Positions 39,486-48,923 of a stretch of DNA of 64,000 nucleotides are shown in pieces. The position numbers and the translations under genes are program-made. The notes below the pieces were generated by a model. The model worked only from the letters and a program-made list of their open reading frames with translations. It was not told the origin of the DNA and did not search any database. Each line of letters begins with the position of its first letter. Within the stretch, counting starts at the first letter, position 1. The stretch comes from Candidatus Levyibacteriota bacterium (GTDB taxonomy: Bacteria > Patescibacteriota > Microgenomatia > Levybacterales > UBA12049). The stretch is from the NCBI GenBank assembly GCA_016182185.1, contig JACOXU010000001.1, positions 338,915-402,914 of the forward strand. Reading direction: 5' to 3'.

Positions 39486-39923
39486 TTATTTTAAAAGCTT
39501 GGTCTTGTATTTTTTGAGAAAAAATGGAAATTGAGAGTGGGCAGGTTCTGGAAGATTATCTAATCTAAACCATCCTATTTTTTCGTGTTCGTCAGGAACT
39601 CCGTTTTTGACCTTTTTTCTATCGACCAAAACTTTAAAATCGAAAACCATCCAGTGGGTTTTTTCTCCTTTTTCATTAATTCTATGCACATCTCTAAAGC
39701 CCAAAAACTCGAAGCTTTTAACATCTGTACAATATTCTTCTTTAATTTCTCGGGTTAAGGCGCTGTCAATTGTTTCTCCAAGTTCTATTCCACCACCACC
39801 GGGATCCCATCTGCCATGCTCATCTCGAGTGTTTTTGGATCTTTTGCTCATGATGAAATTTCCTTTTCCATCGTGACAGTAAAAAACAATCCCGACACCA
39901 ATATAATCAATTCCCCTTTCCAT
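39486..39923 (-). CDS. NUDIX hydrolase
   Basis: W..GGG.IE.GET....L.REI.EE Nudix box. Confidence 0.8.
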   Translation of the reverse strand: MERGIDYIGVGIVFYCHDGKGNFIMSKRSKNTRDEHGRWDPGGGGIELGETIDSALTREIKEEYCTDVKSFEFLGFRDVHRINEKGEKTHWMVFDFKVLVDRKKVKNGVPDEHEKIGWFRLDNLPEPAHSQFPFFLKKYKTKLLK

Positions 39924-39946
39924 TGGATGATTATATCAGATGAAGC

Positions 39947-40786
39947 TTATTGAGGTTCTGTACCGATTATAATTTCTATATCGTCTTCTGCGGAGTCTTC
40001 CAGTTCTTCAGTGTCAGATAGTTCATAAGATTTAAGAAGTTCATCCTTGAGTTTCTCAAGAAATGCTTCATCTACATCAGCTTTAACCATTATTACAGTC
40101 TTGAGGAATGATGATTCTGAAGCATTGCCAATGGAAGATACCTTAAATCCTGCTTCTTCCAACGAATCTTTTAGTTTTGATGCTTCCCCGGGTATTTCAC
40201 TACCATTTAGAACTTTTATTGAATATTTTGTAAGATCTACCGGTTCTTCAGTTGGAGCAGCTGTTGGCTTAACTTCGACTTTCTGAGAAGATTCATCTTT
40301 TTGTATCACTTTATTCAGAAAGTCAATATTTCCTCCATTTTGATATACGATAAAACCCCCAACTGCAACTCCTAACGCGAAGATGAAAAGATATTTTATA
40401 ATGCTGACTATTGTTTTTAAAATTCCTCTTCCTCCACCAGATTCATCCTTCGCGACAATTGGTTCATTGGATTCTTCTTCTCCCCCTGGTGATTCTTCGG
40501 CGCTTATTGTTTCTTGTTTTTCCTCAGAACCACCCTCACCGCTTATTGGCTGATTAACCTGTGGCTCAGGCTCTGACATTGGCATGTTCTGAGGAGAAGA
40601 GGACATATTGCTTGCCTGAGGCTTCACATCTGATGATTGACTTGGATCTGTCTGAAGTTGATTCTCTTCAACCGCTTGGACTTCTTCAACTGTACTAGTC
40701 GTAACATCTTCTTGACTTTCCTGTGGTTCTTCCTTGGGAGGAGATTTTTTAACAACTCTTCGCTTATGAATTGCTTTTTTCGGCAT
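39947..40786 (-). CDS. LytR C-terminal domain protein with disordered acidic N-terminus
   Basis: I.VLNGS...G.A......L...GF.V..IGNA ... DI.IIIG; single TM. Confidence 0.8.
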   Translation of the reverse strand: MPKKAIHKRRVVKKSPPKEEPQESQEDVTTSTVEEVQAVEENQLQTDPSQSSDVKPQASNMSSSPQNMPMSEPEPQVNQPISGEGGSEEKQETISAEESPGGEEESNEPIVAKDESGGGRGILKTIVSIIKYLFIFALGVAVGGFIVYQNGGNIDFLNKVIQKDESSQKVEVKPTAAPTEEPVDLTKYSIKVLNGSEIPGEASKLKDSLEEAGFKVSSIGNASESSFLKTVIMVKADVDEAFLEKLKDELLKSYELSDTEELEDSAEDDIEIIIGTEPQ

Positions 40787-40833
40787 CTATTCTAGTCTGC
40801 TACAGACAGGCTAATTTGTCAATAACCTATTAT

Positions 40834-41604
40834 TTATTCAACTAAAAATGTTACGGATGCCCAGACAATAAGAACTCCGATAAGCAGCATAATGCTTTCA
40901 ATTGCCGCATAGCCTTTTCTTTTCTCATGGTGAATTTCAGGGATAAGATCTGAAGCGGCAATATATATAAAAAACCCTGCGGTAATTGATATAAAGATCG
41001 GAATATAATTTATAAGTGCATTTCCTGCAAGATAAGTCAAAATTGCACCCGCAAATGACGCCAAAGCGCTTAAGATATTAACAAAAATTATTTTTTTTCT
41101 ATTTAATCCCTTATGAAGAAGAAGCCCAAAATCTCCTATTTCCTGAGGTAATTCGTGGGCAAAAACAGCAAGACTTGTAATTATCCCCAATGGAATAGAG
41201 ATAAAAAAAGTTGCAGCTATAACTACACCATCAATAAAATTATGGACTGTATCTCCAAATATTATCAATGGCACGGTATTTTGTGATGATCTTTTTTCGC
41301 TATGATACTCTTCATGGTGATGAAACCAATGAATGAATCTTTCAGTAAAAAAGAAAAAAATAATACCTATTAATGTCCAGAAAAAGACATTTATGCCCAA
41401 CTTTTCTGCATCAACAAGTGCTTCTGGAAGCAAATCAAAAAAAGCGGTTCCCAAAAGAACGCCTGCTGCAAAAGAGGCGAGAAAGTGGGATATCCGAAGG
41501 GCGAACCGTTCCTTTGCAAGAAGAATAACTCCTCCGATAAGTCCGCCAAGGCTTCCTACAAATGTAAAAATTAAAATATTGCCTAGGATTGACAGTTCTT
41601 GCAT
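40834..41604 (-). CDS. ZIP family zinc transporter
   Basis: FAAG.LL..AF..LLPEA, HWFHHH, GD..HNF.DG, HELPQE.GDF. Confidence 0.9.
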   Translation of the reverse strand: MQELSILGNILIFTFVGSLGGLIGGVILLAKERFALRISHFLASFAAGVLLGTAFFDLLPEALVDAEKLGINVFFWTLIGIIFFFFTERFIHWFHHHEEYHSEKRSSQNTVPLIIFGDTVHNFIDGVVIAATFFISIPLGIITSLAVFAHELPQEIGDFGLLLHKGLNRKKIIFVNILSALASFAGAILTYLAGNALINYIPIFISITAGFFIYIAASDLIPEIHHEKRKGYAAIESIMLLIGVLIVWASVTFLVE

Positions 41605-42005
41605 ATTCCAAAAAACTCAAGCGAGTGAGTTTTAATAATAAATTTTTTTTTCTTGTGAATTTCTTTTTTCAAGGAATCGATCGGGCAGTCAGACATATCT
41701 TCTATCTCTCCGCAGCTTTGGCAGATAAGATGATGATGCTCGTTTTTTAAACCATATTCATATCTGAACTTATCCTCGTTAAAACGGACTTGTTTTAATA
41801 CCCCTTTTTGAGTTAACAGATTTACAATACGAAAAACTGTAGCAGGGTCTGCCTTAACTTTATTTTTTTTGAGAAATCGAATAATGGAAGATACATCTAT
41901 TGGCTCTCTCGAATTCTCAAGTAATCTTAAAACAGCAAGACGAGCAGGAGTTGCTTTGAGGTTTAATTTATTCAGTTCTTTAGAACAATCGTGCAAGATT
42001 TGCAT
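41583..42005 (-). CDS. Fur/Zur family transcriptional regulator
   Basis: T..R..VL, ATV.R, HHHLIC..CG.I.D, H.LE..G.C..C. Confidence 0.9.
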   Translation of the reverse strand: MQILHDCSKELNKLNLKATPARLAVLRLLENSREPIDVSSIIRFLKKNKVKADPATVFRIVNLLTQKGVLKQVRFNEDKFRYEYGLKNEHHHLICQSCGEIEDMSDCPIDSLKKEIHKKKKFIIKTHSLEFFGICKNCQS

Positions 42006-42007
42006 AA

Positions 42008-42055
42008 ATGCGATTTATTTGCAATTAGTATATGCAAACGACTTGCATTTGTCAA
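42008..42055 (-). promoter_or_regulatory. Promoter TTGACA-N17-TATACT with Fur-family operator palindromes
   Basis: -35 at 42055-42050, -10 at 42032-42027; ATGCAA-N5-TTGCAT at 42032-42048 and TGCGA-N5-TTGCA at 42009-42023. Confidence 0.7.
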
Positions 42056-42119
42056 GTAGCAAATAATTAAATTATTTATTGAGCTGGTATTTTGAGATCT
42101 TGTTTCTTATAATACTTAC

Positions 42120-42764
42120 GTGAATTTATACAAGAGGGTTCTTCAGGATATCTGGAAAGAGGTTCCGCCTGACTATTATCAAAAAGGAGTAAAGAAAAAT
42201 ATCTTACAACGAACTTGGCACAAGGGAAAGCTCAAAACTATTCTTTCGTTTATAGAAGACTATCCACAGAGTATTCTCGATGTCGGATGCGCAAGCGGCT
42301 GGTTTTTAAATGAAGTATCAAGAAAATTCCCAAAAGCAGAATGTACAGGAATTGATCCCTATGAAGATGCAATTAAGTATGGAAAGAAAAAATATGAGAA
42401 GCTTAATTTGATTGTTGCGGATGGTCACGATATTCCCCTTCCAAGCTCTACGTTTGACCTTGTTATCTGTAGCGAAGTGCTCGAACATGTGGCTAATCCT
42501 GAAAAGGTAGTTGGTGAAATAAAACGAGTCATGGCTCCAAATGGAATAGCACTTATTGAAATGGACAGCGGAAATATTCTATTCAGAATGATATGGTACT
42601 GGTGGACTCATATGAGAAAAGGCGTTTGGCAACATGCGCATTTGCACTCATTCAATGCCAAAAAACTTGAAAAAATTATAAAAAAAGGCGGTTTAATTAT
42701 AGTTGAGAAGAAGGTCTTTAATTTCACAATGGCCGTCACCTATAAAACAAAGAAAAAATCCTGA
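42120..42764 (+). CDS. Class I SAM-dependent methyltransferase
   Basis: ILDVGCASG, GID, FD...CSEVLEHV; GTG start 6 nt after TATAAT. Confidence 0.85.
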   Translation: MNLYKRVLQDIWKEVPPDYYQKGVKKNILQRTWHKGKLKTILSFIEDYPQSILDVGCASGWFLNEVSRKFPKAECTGIDPYEDAIKYGKKKYEKLNLIVADGHDIPLPSSTFDLVICSEVLEHVANPEKVVGEIKRVMAPNGIALIEMDSGNILFRMIWYWWTHMRKGVWQHAHLHSFNAKKLEKIIKKGGLIIVEKKVFNFTMAVTYKTKKKS

Positions 42765-42780
42765 GATTATTAATCCGGCC

Positions 42781-42819
42781 AGTGGCATTTTTTGTACTAC
42801 TACCTAAATAGATTGTCAC
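42781..42819. repeat. Copy 1 of the element AGTGGCATTTTTTG...ATTGTCAC
   Basis: 14 bp identical to 44927-44940; distal arm ATTGTCAC also shared with copy 2. Confidence 0.6.
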
Positions 42820-42827
42820 ATGAAGCA

Positions 42828-44831
42828 CTAATTGTTATCGTTACTAAAGCGATAAATTGTAGTTGTATCATTTTCAAAAATCTTTATTAAATTAATTTCT
42901 TTTAATCCTTCATTGAATACTGGTTTACCATAAAAATATAAAATACTTATGTTGTTTTCCTTCAACAGTTTTTTAACTTGATTTACATCTTTACTAGCTA
43001 GAATAATCTTTCTAACTTTCTCTCTGTCTTTAAACTCAAGAATATTATGGCTTTCTAATATCCACTGTCCTGACAGATACATATCTCTTTGCGTAAAAGC
43101 GCTTACATAAGGATAGCGTGAATCCCAACTGCCTTCATTAAATACCAACACTACCTCTTCAGAATCTGTATTGTTTCGTACAAAATCCATAGCTCTCAAT
43201 TCATCCGTATCAATTATTGGGGACGTTAACTTAAAGTAATACAAAAAACTTTGATTTCTTTGCATCCATCTTGGTATAGTTACGGCTAGAAGTAGGAAGA
43301 CCAGTAGTATACGAACCCACACGTTTATATTTAATAACCTGCCTAATAAAAAAGCCATAGGAATTGATAATAAAAGGCTTGAAGCAAGAAAAAAATTAAA
43401 GATATTTGCTCCACCACTTTCTTGATAGAAAAATGTACCTAAAATTACACCTGAAATCATTGCTGCATAGAGAAAAAGATAAAGAGGTAAACCAAGCTTT
43501 TTGATTATCCCTCCTACTGGAATCCAACCGACATTTTTAATTCCAAACTGAGAGAGAAGAAAGAGAAATAACATAGTTATATCCATACGCAATGCTTGAA
43601 GCCAATTGGCATGTAGTGCATAAGTTTGACGTGCAAGTTCAAGAGTACTCAGATGTAAATCTGGATGAACAGCAAAATCTCTTGTTATCCAAAATGGAGT
43701 TAAAATCAACTTTCCAGAACTTATATTAACAGGCAGATATACAAAAAGGGCTAAAACAGCTGTCAGTATGGGCATCAACAACATTTTTATTTCCCTTTTT
43801 ATTATTAAAAGAAGCGATAGGATAGCTATGCCAATATAAACAGGGATTGCAGTGTGTGCCTTAAACCCTATTATAGAACCAAATAGTAAAGCTGTTATAA
43901 TACCAGTACGTAATTTTTTATCTTGCAACCAAAGTTTTAAAAAGAGTATGCCACAAAGAGCTATAACAATAGAAAACGCACGTGGGGGATTTTCTAGAAA
44001 CTCTACTCCTCCTTCTAAAGCACCTATACTAAAATTAAAAGTACGAGCAGTGACAAAAGTGAACAGATAGAGAATATCTGAGGAAAAGTATTGTAAATAT
44101 ACTAAAAGTATTACTCCATAGCCTGAAAAATTCAGCTTTTTTGCTAGAGTATAAGCAACACCTCCTAAAAGAAGTGACATCAGTAAGTACATGTATTGAT
44201 ATTGCGTTTGCAATATTGGTAAGTGAAAAACTCTTACTAGCTCAGCAATTACTAAATTGGACCAGTAATGGTAATTATGTACAATCTCATTTACAAGTCC
44301 AGGCTGAAAAGGAGGAAAACGCCTGGCTAACTGAGATATTAAAGCAGTATGCCATAAGGCATCATCTCCTGCTGCTGCAAATATATGGATTCCATCAGAA
44401 GCTAAATTGCCTGCTACCCAAAATTTTTGCACCTGCCCGAAAATTCCGACTACAAAAATAAAAAGCAGTATATAAGAAAGTTTGTTCTTCGGAAAGCATA
44501 TTGCTGGTATTTTGAAAATTTTTTGAATAGTTTTAATATTAAGTCTGTTTTTTGCCCAAAGGAATATACATAACCCAAGATATGCGTATGTTAGATATCT
44601 TGCATTTAGATAGCCAAATACTACTCCTTGATATGCCCATAACGTAAAACCGACTATAAAACATGCTACAATCCTTTCAAAAAAAGTAGGTAAATTTTGT
44701 TTTATTTTACCAAGAATTAAATCGCCAGGAATGTAGAAGGCAACAAATATTGCAAAGAGGAAGTATGGTAGAAGTAGTAAACTTTTAGAGAAGTTCAAAA
44801 GGAAAAGCTGGTCAAAGATTAGAGTGCTCAT
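42828..44831 (-). CDS. Large multi-pass membrane protein (GT-C-like)
   Basis: D..WH..L, YHY motif after the first TM bundle; many TMs; soluble C-terminal domain. Confidence 0.7.
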   Translation of the reverse strand: MSTLIFDQLFLLNFSKSLLLLPYFLFAIFVAFYIPGDLILGKIKQNLPTFFERIVACFIVGFTLWAYQGVVFGYLNARYLTYAYLGLCIFLWAKNRLNIKTIQKIFKIPAICFPKNKLSYILLFIFVVGIFGQVQKFWVAGNLASDGIHIFAAAGDDALWHTALISQLARRFPPFQPGLVNEIVHNYHYWSNLVIAELVRVFHLPILQTQYQYMYLLMSLLLGGVAYTLAKKLNFSGYGVILLVYLQYFSSDILYLFTFVTARTFNFSIGALEGGVEFLENPPRAFSIVIALCGILFLKLWLQDKKLRTGIITALLFGSIIGFKAHTAIPVYIGIAILSLLLIIKREIKMLLMPILTAVLALFVYLPVNISSGKLILTPFWITRDFAVHPDLHLSTLELARQTYALHANWLQALRMDITMLFLFLLSQFGIKNVGWIPVGGIIKKLGLPLYLFLYAAMISGVILGTFFYQESGGANIFNFFLASSLLLSIPMAFLLGRLLNINVWVRILLVFLLLAVTIPRWMQRNQSFLYYFKLTSPIIDTDELRAMDFVRNNTDSEEVVLVFNEGSWDSRYPYVSAFTQRDMYLSGQWILESHNILEFKDREKVRKIILASKDVNQVKKLLKENNISILYFYGKPVFNEGLKEINLIKIFENDTTTIYRFSNDNN

Positions 44832-44924
44832 TAAAATAATAGTTTTATTATATCAATAATGTAATTACACCCAATGTTTAAACTCTCTTAACTTATATTT
44901 TATGAGTCAGTCCAAATTGCTATT

Positions 44925-44992
44925 CAAGTGGCATTTTTTGAAAGCTGTCTTAATAGAATTTCATATAAACAATCAAGTCCAATTGTCACTTG
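44925..44992. repeat. Copy 2 of the element, an imperfect inverted repeat
   Basis: CAAGTGGCATTT (44925-44936) vs AATTGTCACTTG (44981-44992): 10/12 complementary. Confidence 0.6.
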
Positions 44993-44998
44993 GATTGG

Positions 44999-45757
44999 TC
45001 AAGGCGAGTTTAACGCTTGTCTTACTTGATTAGTTTGAGATATATCATTATTTGGGACTTTGGGGTGACTTAGGCCTTTTTGGTAAGCGATAATGTCAAT
45101 AAACGTTTTAAGAACCATAAATACTACAAAAATTAAATTACTTCCGTAGTATAAAGCGATTATCGGAGCAAAAATTATAATAATTTGCATCGGAATAATT
45201 CTCGCATAAGGACGACCCATGATAAGACTGAGTTTAATTACTGCAGGCTCCCTCTTTAATTGATTTTTTTCTGAAAGGTAAGATAAGCCATGATGGATTG
45301 CGAAAAAAAATCCGCTTATAAGAATTGATAAGGAACTGATATTTCCTCCTAAAGTAATTGTTCCCACATAATCCCCATTAATAGTGATGGGTACGCTTGA
45401 CAGACTGAAAGCAAAAAGAAAGAACATATATATAAAATGAAATCCTCCGTAATGGATAATAAAAAATAAAGCCATAAATAGTCTATGTACGCTCGAAAGT
45501 GGATATGCTGCTTGTGCGCCGACTTGAACATCTTCAATAAATTTATCTAAAGGAGAATTTAGAATTCGAATTACATTTACTGCTCCTATAATGACACTCT
45601 GCAGCCAATAGGTCCAAAGAACTTGCATGATAGAACCCTGATTCTGAATAAAAAGGCCAATGGTGATAAGATTTGCTAGTAATAAGGTTGATATTAAGAT
45701 AACTGACTTAGTCGCAGAATAATTCTCCTTGACTCTAAGAGAAGAGGAATCGATCAT
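44999..45757 (-). CDS. DUF6498-like membrane protein
   Basis: LL.AN, YW.QSVIIG..N, FF..HYGGF...Y..F, PY.RI.PM, F..LKT..D. Confidence 0.75.
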   Translation of the reverse strand: MIDSSSLRVKENYSATKSVILISTLLLANLITIGLFIQNQGSIMQVLWTYWLQSVIIGAVNVIRILNSPLDKFIEDVQVGAQAAYPLSSVHRLFMALFFIIHYGGFHFIYMFFLFAFSLSSVPITINGDYVGTITLGGNISSLSILISGFFFAIHHGLSYLSEKNQLKREPAVIKLSLIMGRPYARIIPMQIIIIFAPIIALYYGSNLIFVVFMVLKTFIDIIAYQKGLSHPKVPNNDISQTNQVRQALNSP

Positions 45758-45853
45758 AGATTAATAATAACAGACTGTTAAGGATAATTCTGCATAGACT
45801 CGGCCTAGACTGTTTATTTTGAGGTAGTTCAATTTACAGTTTAGATTGTTAAA

Positions 45854-45907
45854 TCACGCTGAAGTGGTCGGATAATGACACCGTTTGTACTTTTTCCCGG
45901 AACCGCC
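45854..45907 (-). pseudogene. Relic SEC-C motif fragment (duplicate of the secA 3' tail)
   Basis: Reads GGSGKKYKRCHYPTTSA*; upstream in-frame TAA at 45919-45917 and no start codon; GGATAATGACA shared with the secA end (45870-45880 vs 46004-46014). Confidence 0.6.
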
Positions 45908-45996
45908 CTCCTGTTTTTACTTTTCGCCTTTTGAGAACTATTCGTTCACGGCTCAAAGAGCAAACCTGGAAGGGCTCCGCTAGTTTTTATAATTTA

Positions 45997-48747
45997 TCAA
46001 TTAGGATAATGACAATGTTTATATTTAATTGGGGTTCCGTCCGATTTTTTCGCTCCGCACCAGCATGGGCCATTACGGCCCAGCTTTTTGGGCTTATTAG
46101 CTATTTGTCCTTCGTTATTTGACTTATTATTGCTTGATTGATTCTTACTTACCTCTCGTGACTCCAATTGTTTAGAAACAGTTGTTTCGCCTGCTGCCTG
46201 AGTTGTGACATGATGGTGGTGGTGCGCAACAGGGGCTTGTCTTTGCTCAACCTGAATTTTATAGATTCTATGCACAATCCCATCATCTATTCCTGCTATC
46301 AATTTTTCAAACATATCAAAGGCTTCGTTCTTATATTCAACCAGCGGATCTCTTTGTCCGTAACCCCGAAGCCCTATTCCTGAACGAAGATTCTCGATTG
46401 CATCCAGGTGGTCTATCCAAAGATTGTCAATCACTGAAAGCATTACAAATTTTTCCACCTGTCTGGTAAGTTCAGCTCCAATTTGTTCTTCACGATTTTT
46501 ATAAATATCCTTTGCCAAAGATGATAAAAAGTTTATTTTTTCATCTGAAGTTAAAAATTGCTCCAGCTGTTTGACAAGATGTTTTTTTGATTCATCGTCG
46601 AAGGGAATGATCGTTGCGAACTCTTGAATTATTTCCTCATTTATTGACTCCTGCCCGTCTGTTACTTCGGAAACTTGCGCATTAACGATCATGGAAATAA
46701 GACTGTCAATTTTTTCCAAAATTTCATCTTTAAGATCTTTACTCTCCGAAGAGACTTCCAAAATTTTCCTTCGTCTCTTGTAGACTATTTCTCTCTGCTT
46801 ATTTAGTACATCATCATATTCAACCAGATGTTTTCTGATATCAAAATTAAACCGCTCAACCTTACTTTGTGCCTGTTCGATAGCGCGGGAAACAATTCCG
46901 TGCTGAAGAGGAACATCCTCTGGCATATTGAATCTGGTCATTATTCCCGCAATTGTCTCTCCTCCAAAAAGCCTCATTATTTCATCATCCAAGGCGACAA
47001 AGAAAAGTGATTTTCCAGGATCTCCCTGACGTCCTGATCTTCCCCGCAACTGATTGTCGATTCTTCGAGATTCATGCCTTTCAGTTCCGATTACATATAA
47101 TCCACCCAGATCAATAAGTTCTTCGTGCTTTTTCTCCCATATCTTCCACTGGGAAGAATCTCTTTTTTCCTGACCGTCTTTATTCTTTGGAGCATCTCCT
47201 CCTAAAACAATATCAACCCCTCTTCCTGCCATATTTGTCGCAACCGTTATAGCTCCTTTTTCTCCCGCTTTAGCGATAATTTCTGCTTCCCTTTCATGAT
47301 TTTTGGCATTTAAAACTTCGTGCTTTATGCCTTTTCTTCTCAAAAGCTGTGAGATGATTTCGTTTTTATCAATCGATGTAGTTCCCACCAAAACCGGCTG
47401 TCCCTTTTTATATGCCGTTTCAATTTCTGCCGCAACTGCGGATAGTTTTGCTCTTCCTGTTTTATAGACAACATCTGACTGATCCTCTCTTACCATTGGC
47501 TTGTTTGTAGGAATTACGACGACATCGAGTTTGTAGATTTTGTGAAATTCTTCTGCTTCTGTTACGGCGGTTCCTGTCATTCCTGCAAGTTTTTCATACA
47601 TACGGAAATAATTCTGAAGAGAAACAGTCGCTAGAATCTTCGATTCTTTTTGAACAGGGACTCCTTCTTTGGCTTCAATTGCCTGATGTAGTCCTTCGGA
47701 TAATCTTCTTCCCATCATAAGTCTTCCTGTAAACTCATCTACCAGAATGACTTCATTTTCTTTGACAATATAATCTTTTTCTTTATGGAATAACGTTCTT
47801 GCCTTAAGCGCTGCCTCCAAATGATAAACAGTATCAAAATCTTTTTCGTAAATATTTGAGACTCCATAAAGTTTCTCAATTTTACTTATCCCGTGATCTG
47901 TAAGATGAGCGGTTCGAAGTTTCTCATCTATTTTGTAGTCAAGATCCGGAGTCAGTTTTTCTACGATCTTTGCGTATTCAAAATATTTCTGAGCTGGCGC
48001 CTCATCGGGCGCTGAGATTATATGTGGAGTTCTTGCTTCATCGATGAGAACTGAATCAACCTCATCGACAATTGCAAAATGATGGCCCTTTTGTACGAGA
48101 CCATTAATATCTTGAGCCATATTATCACGCAAATAATCAAAACCGAATTCTGAGTTTATGCCATATACCACATCCGCTTCATAAGCTTCTTTTCTGCTTA
48201 CGGGTTTTAGGTGTGCCAAGCGAAAATCCCATGTGTCCTTATCCAAAAAGCTGGGATCATATATAAATGATTGCTCATTAATTAAAGACGAAACCTTAAG
48301 ACCTAAGAGATGAAAAATTGGCCCCATCCAACCGGCATCACGCCTTGCTAGATAATCATTCACTGTAACAAGATGCACATTTTTGCCTGTCAGACTGTTG
48401 AGATAAAGCGCAGGCACGGCAGACAAGGTCTTTCCTTCACCTGTTTTTTGTTCGGCGATCTTGCCACTTGCCAAAACAATTCCTGCCATAAGCTGAACAT
48501 CAAAATGACGTTGGCCAATAGTTCTTCTTGCCGCTTCCCGGACAAGCGCGAATGCCTGAGGCAAAACGAGCTCGAGCGGTTCACCGTCTGAAATTATTTC
48601 TTCTAATTCCTTTGTTTTTTTGGGGAATGATTCGTCTTTTAGTTTTTTGGCTTTTTCCTCAAAACTATTTATTTCATCGACAATTGGCCTAAGTTTATTG
48701 ATCTCTTTTTCATTCGAATCAAAAAATTTATTAAATGGATTTAACAT
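45997..48747 (-). CDS. secA: Preprotein translocase ATPase SecA
   Basis: KTGEGKT, DEVDS.LIDEARTP, ATNMAGRG.DI, GR.GRQGDPG, SEC-C tail; likely ATG at 48747 (MLNPF). Confidence 0.97.
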   Translation of the reverse strand: MLNPFNKFFDSNEKEINKLRPIVDEINSFEEKAKKLKDESFPKKTKELEEIISDGEPLELVLPQAFALVREAARRTIGQRHFDVQLMAGIVLASGKIAEQKTGEGKTLSAVPALYLNSLTGKNVHLVTVNDYLARRDAGWMGPIFHLLGLKVSSLINEQSFIYDPSFLDKDTWDFRLAHLKPVSRKEAYEADVVYGINSEFGFDYLRDNMAQDINGLVQKGHHFAIVDEVDSVLIDEARTPHIISAPDEAPAQKYFEYAKIVEKLTPDLDYKIDEKLRTAHLTDHGISKIEKLYGVSNIYEKDFDTVYHLEAALKARTLFHKEKDYIVKENEVILVDEFTGRLMMGRRLSEGLHQAIEAKEGVPVQKESKILATVSLQNYFRMYEKLAGMTGTAVTEAEEFHKIYKLDVVVIPTNKPMVREDQSDVVYKTGRAKLSAVAAEIETAYKKGQPVLVGTTSIDKNEIISQLLRRKGIKHEVLNAKNHEREAEIIAKAGEKGAITVATNMAGRGVDIVLGGDAPKNKDGQEKRDSSQWKIWEKKHEELIDLGGLYVIGTERHESRRIDNQLRGRSGRQGDPGKSLFFVALDDEIMRLFGGETIAGIMTRFNMPEDVPLQHGIVSRAIEQAQSKVERFNFDIRKHLVEYDDVLNKQREIVYKRRRKILEVSSESKDLKDEILEKIDSLISMIVNAQVSEVTDGQESINEEIIQEFATIIPFDDESKKHLVKQLEQFLTSDEKINFLSSLAKDIYKNREEQIGAELTRQVEKFVMLSVIDNLWIDHLDAIENLRSGIGLRGYGQRDPLVEYKNEAFDMFEKLIAGIDDGIVHRIYKIQVEQRQAPVAHHHHHVTTQAAGETTVSKQLESREVSKNQSSNNKSNNEGQIANKPKKLGRNGPCWCGAKKSDGTPIKYKHCHYPN

Positions 48748-48775
48748 ACAGATAATCTTACCATAAATCAGCCTC

Positions 48776-48812
48776 AAAAAAAATCCCCTCCTTCTTTTGG
48801 AAAGAGGGGATT
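48776..48812 (-). terminator. Intrinsic terminator between the poly-Lys micro-ORF and secA
   Basis: AATCCCCTC/GAGGGGATT 9-bp stem (48782-48790, 48804-48812) ending in an 8-U run on the minus strand. Confidence 0.8.
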
Positions 48813-48852
48813 ACCAACTGATCAATTGGTAATGCTCCAAATAGCCTACCAA

Positions 48853-48885
48853 TTACTTCTTCTTCTTCTTTTTTTTCTTTGCCAT
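48853..48885 (-). CDS. 10-aa poly-lysine micro-ORF MAKKKKKKKK
   Basis: ATG GCA AAG AAA AAA AAG AAG AAG AAG AAG TAA; SD AAGGAGGTGATCC (48903-48891) ends 5 nt upstream; own promoter and terminator. Confidence 0.65.
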   Translation of the reverse strand: MAKKKKKKKK

Positions 48886-48923
48886 GTTACGGATCACCTC
48901 CTTTTTAGAAAAATATTAATTTA

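Noticed and set aside
40794-40812. Weak hairpin AGTCTG...CAGGCT resembling a degenerate palindromic repeat
   Set aside because: Too short and degenerate to support
45772-45852. Possible mini-CRISPR suggested by the ~35-nt periodicity
   Set aside because: Repeat unit is only ~10 nt and no cas genes are present
48748-48777. Extended TTG start for secA
   Set aside because: Overlaps the terminator U-tract and a -10 box; the ATG at 48747 fits better
48891-48905. GGATCACCTCCTT, identical to the 16S rRNA 3' end
   Set aside because: No flanking 16S sequence; better explained as an extended SD on the minus strand
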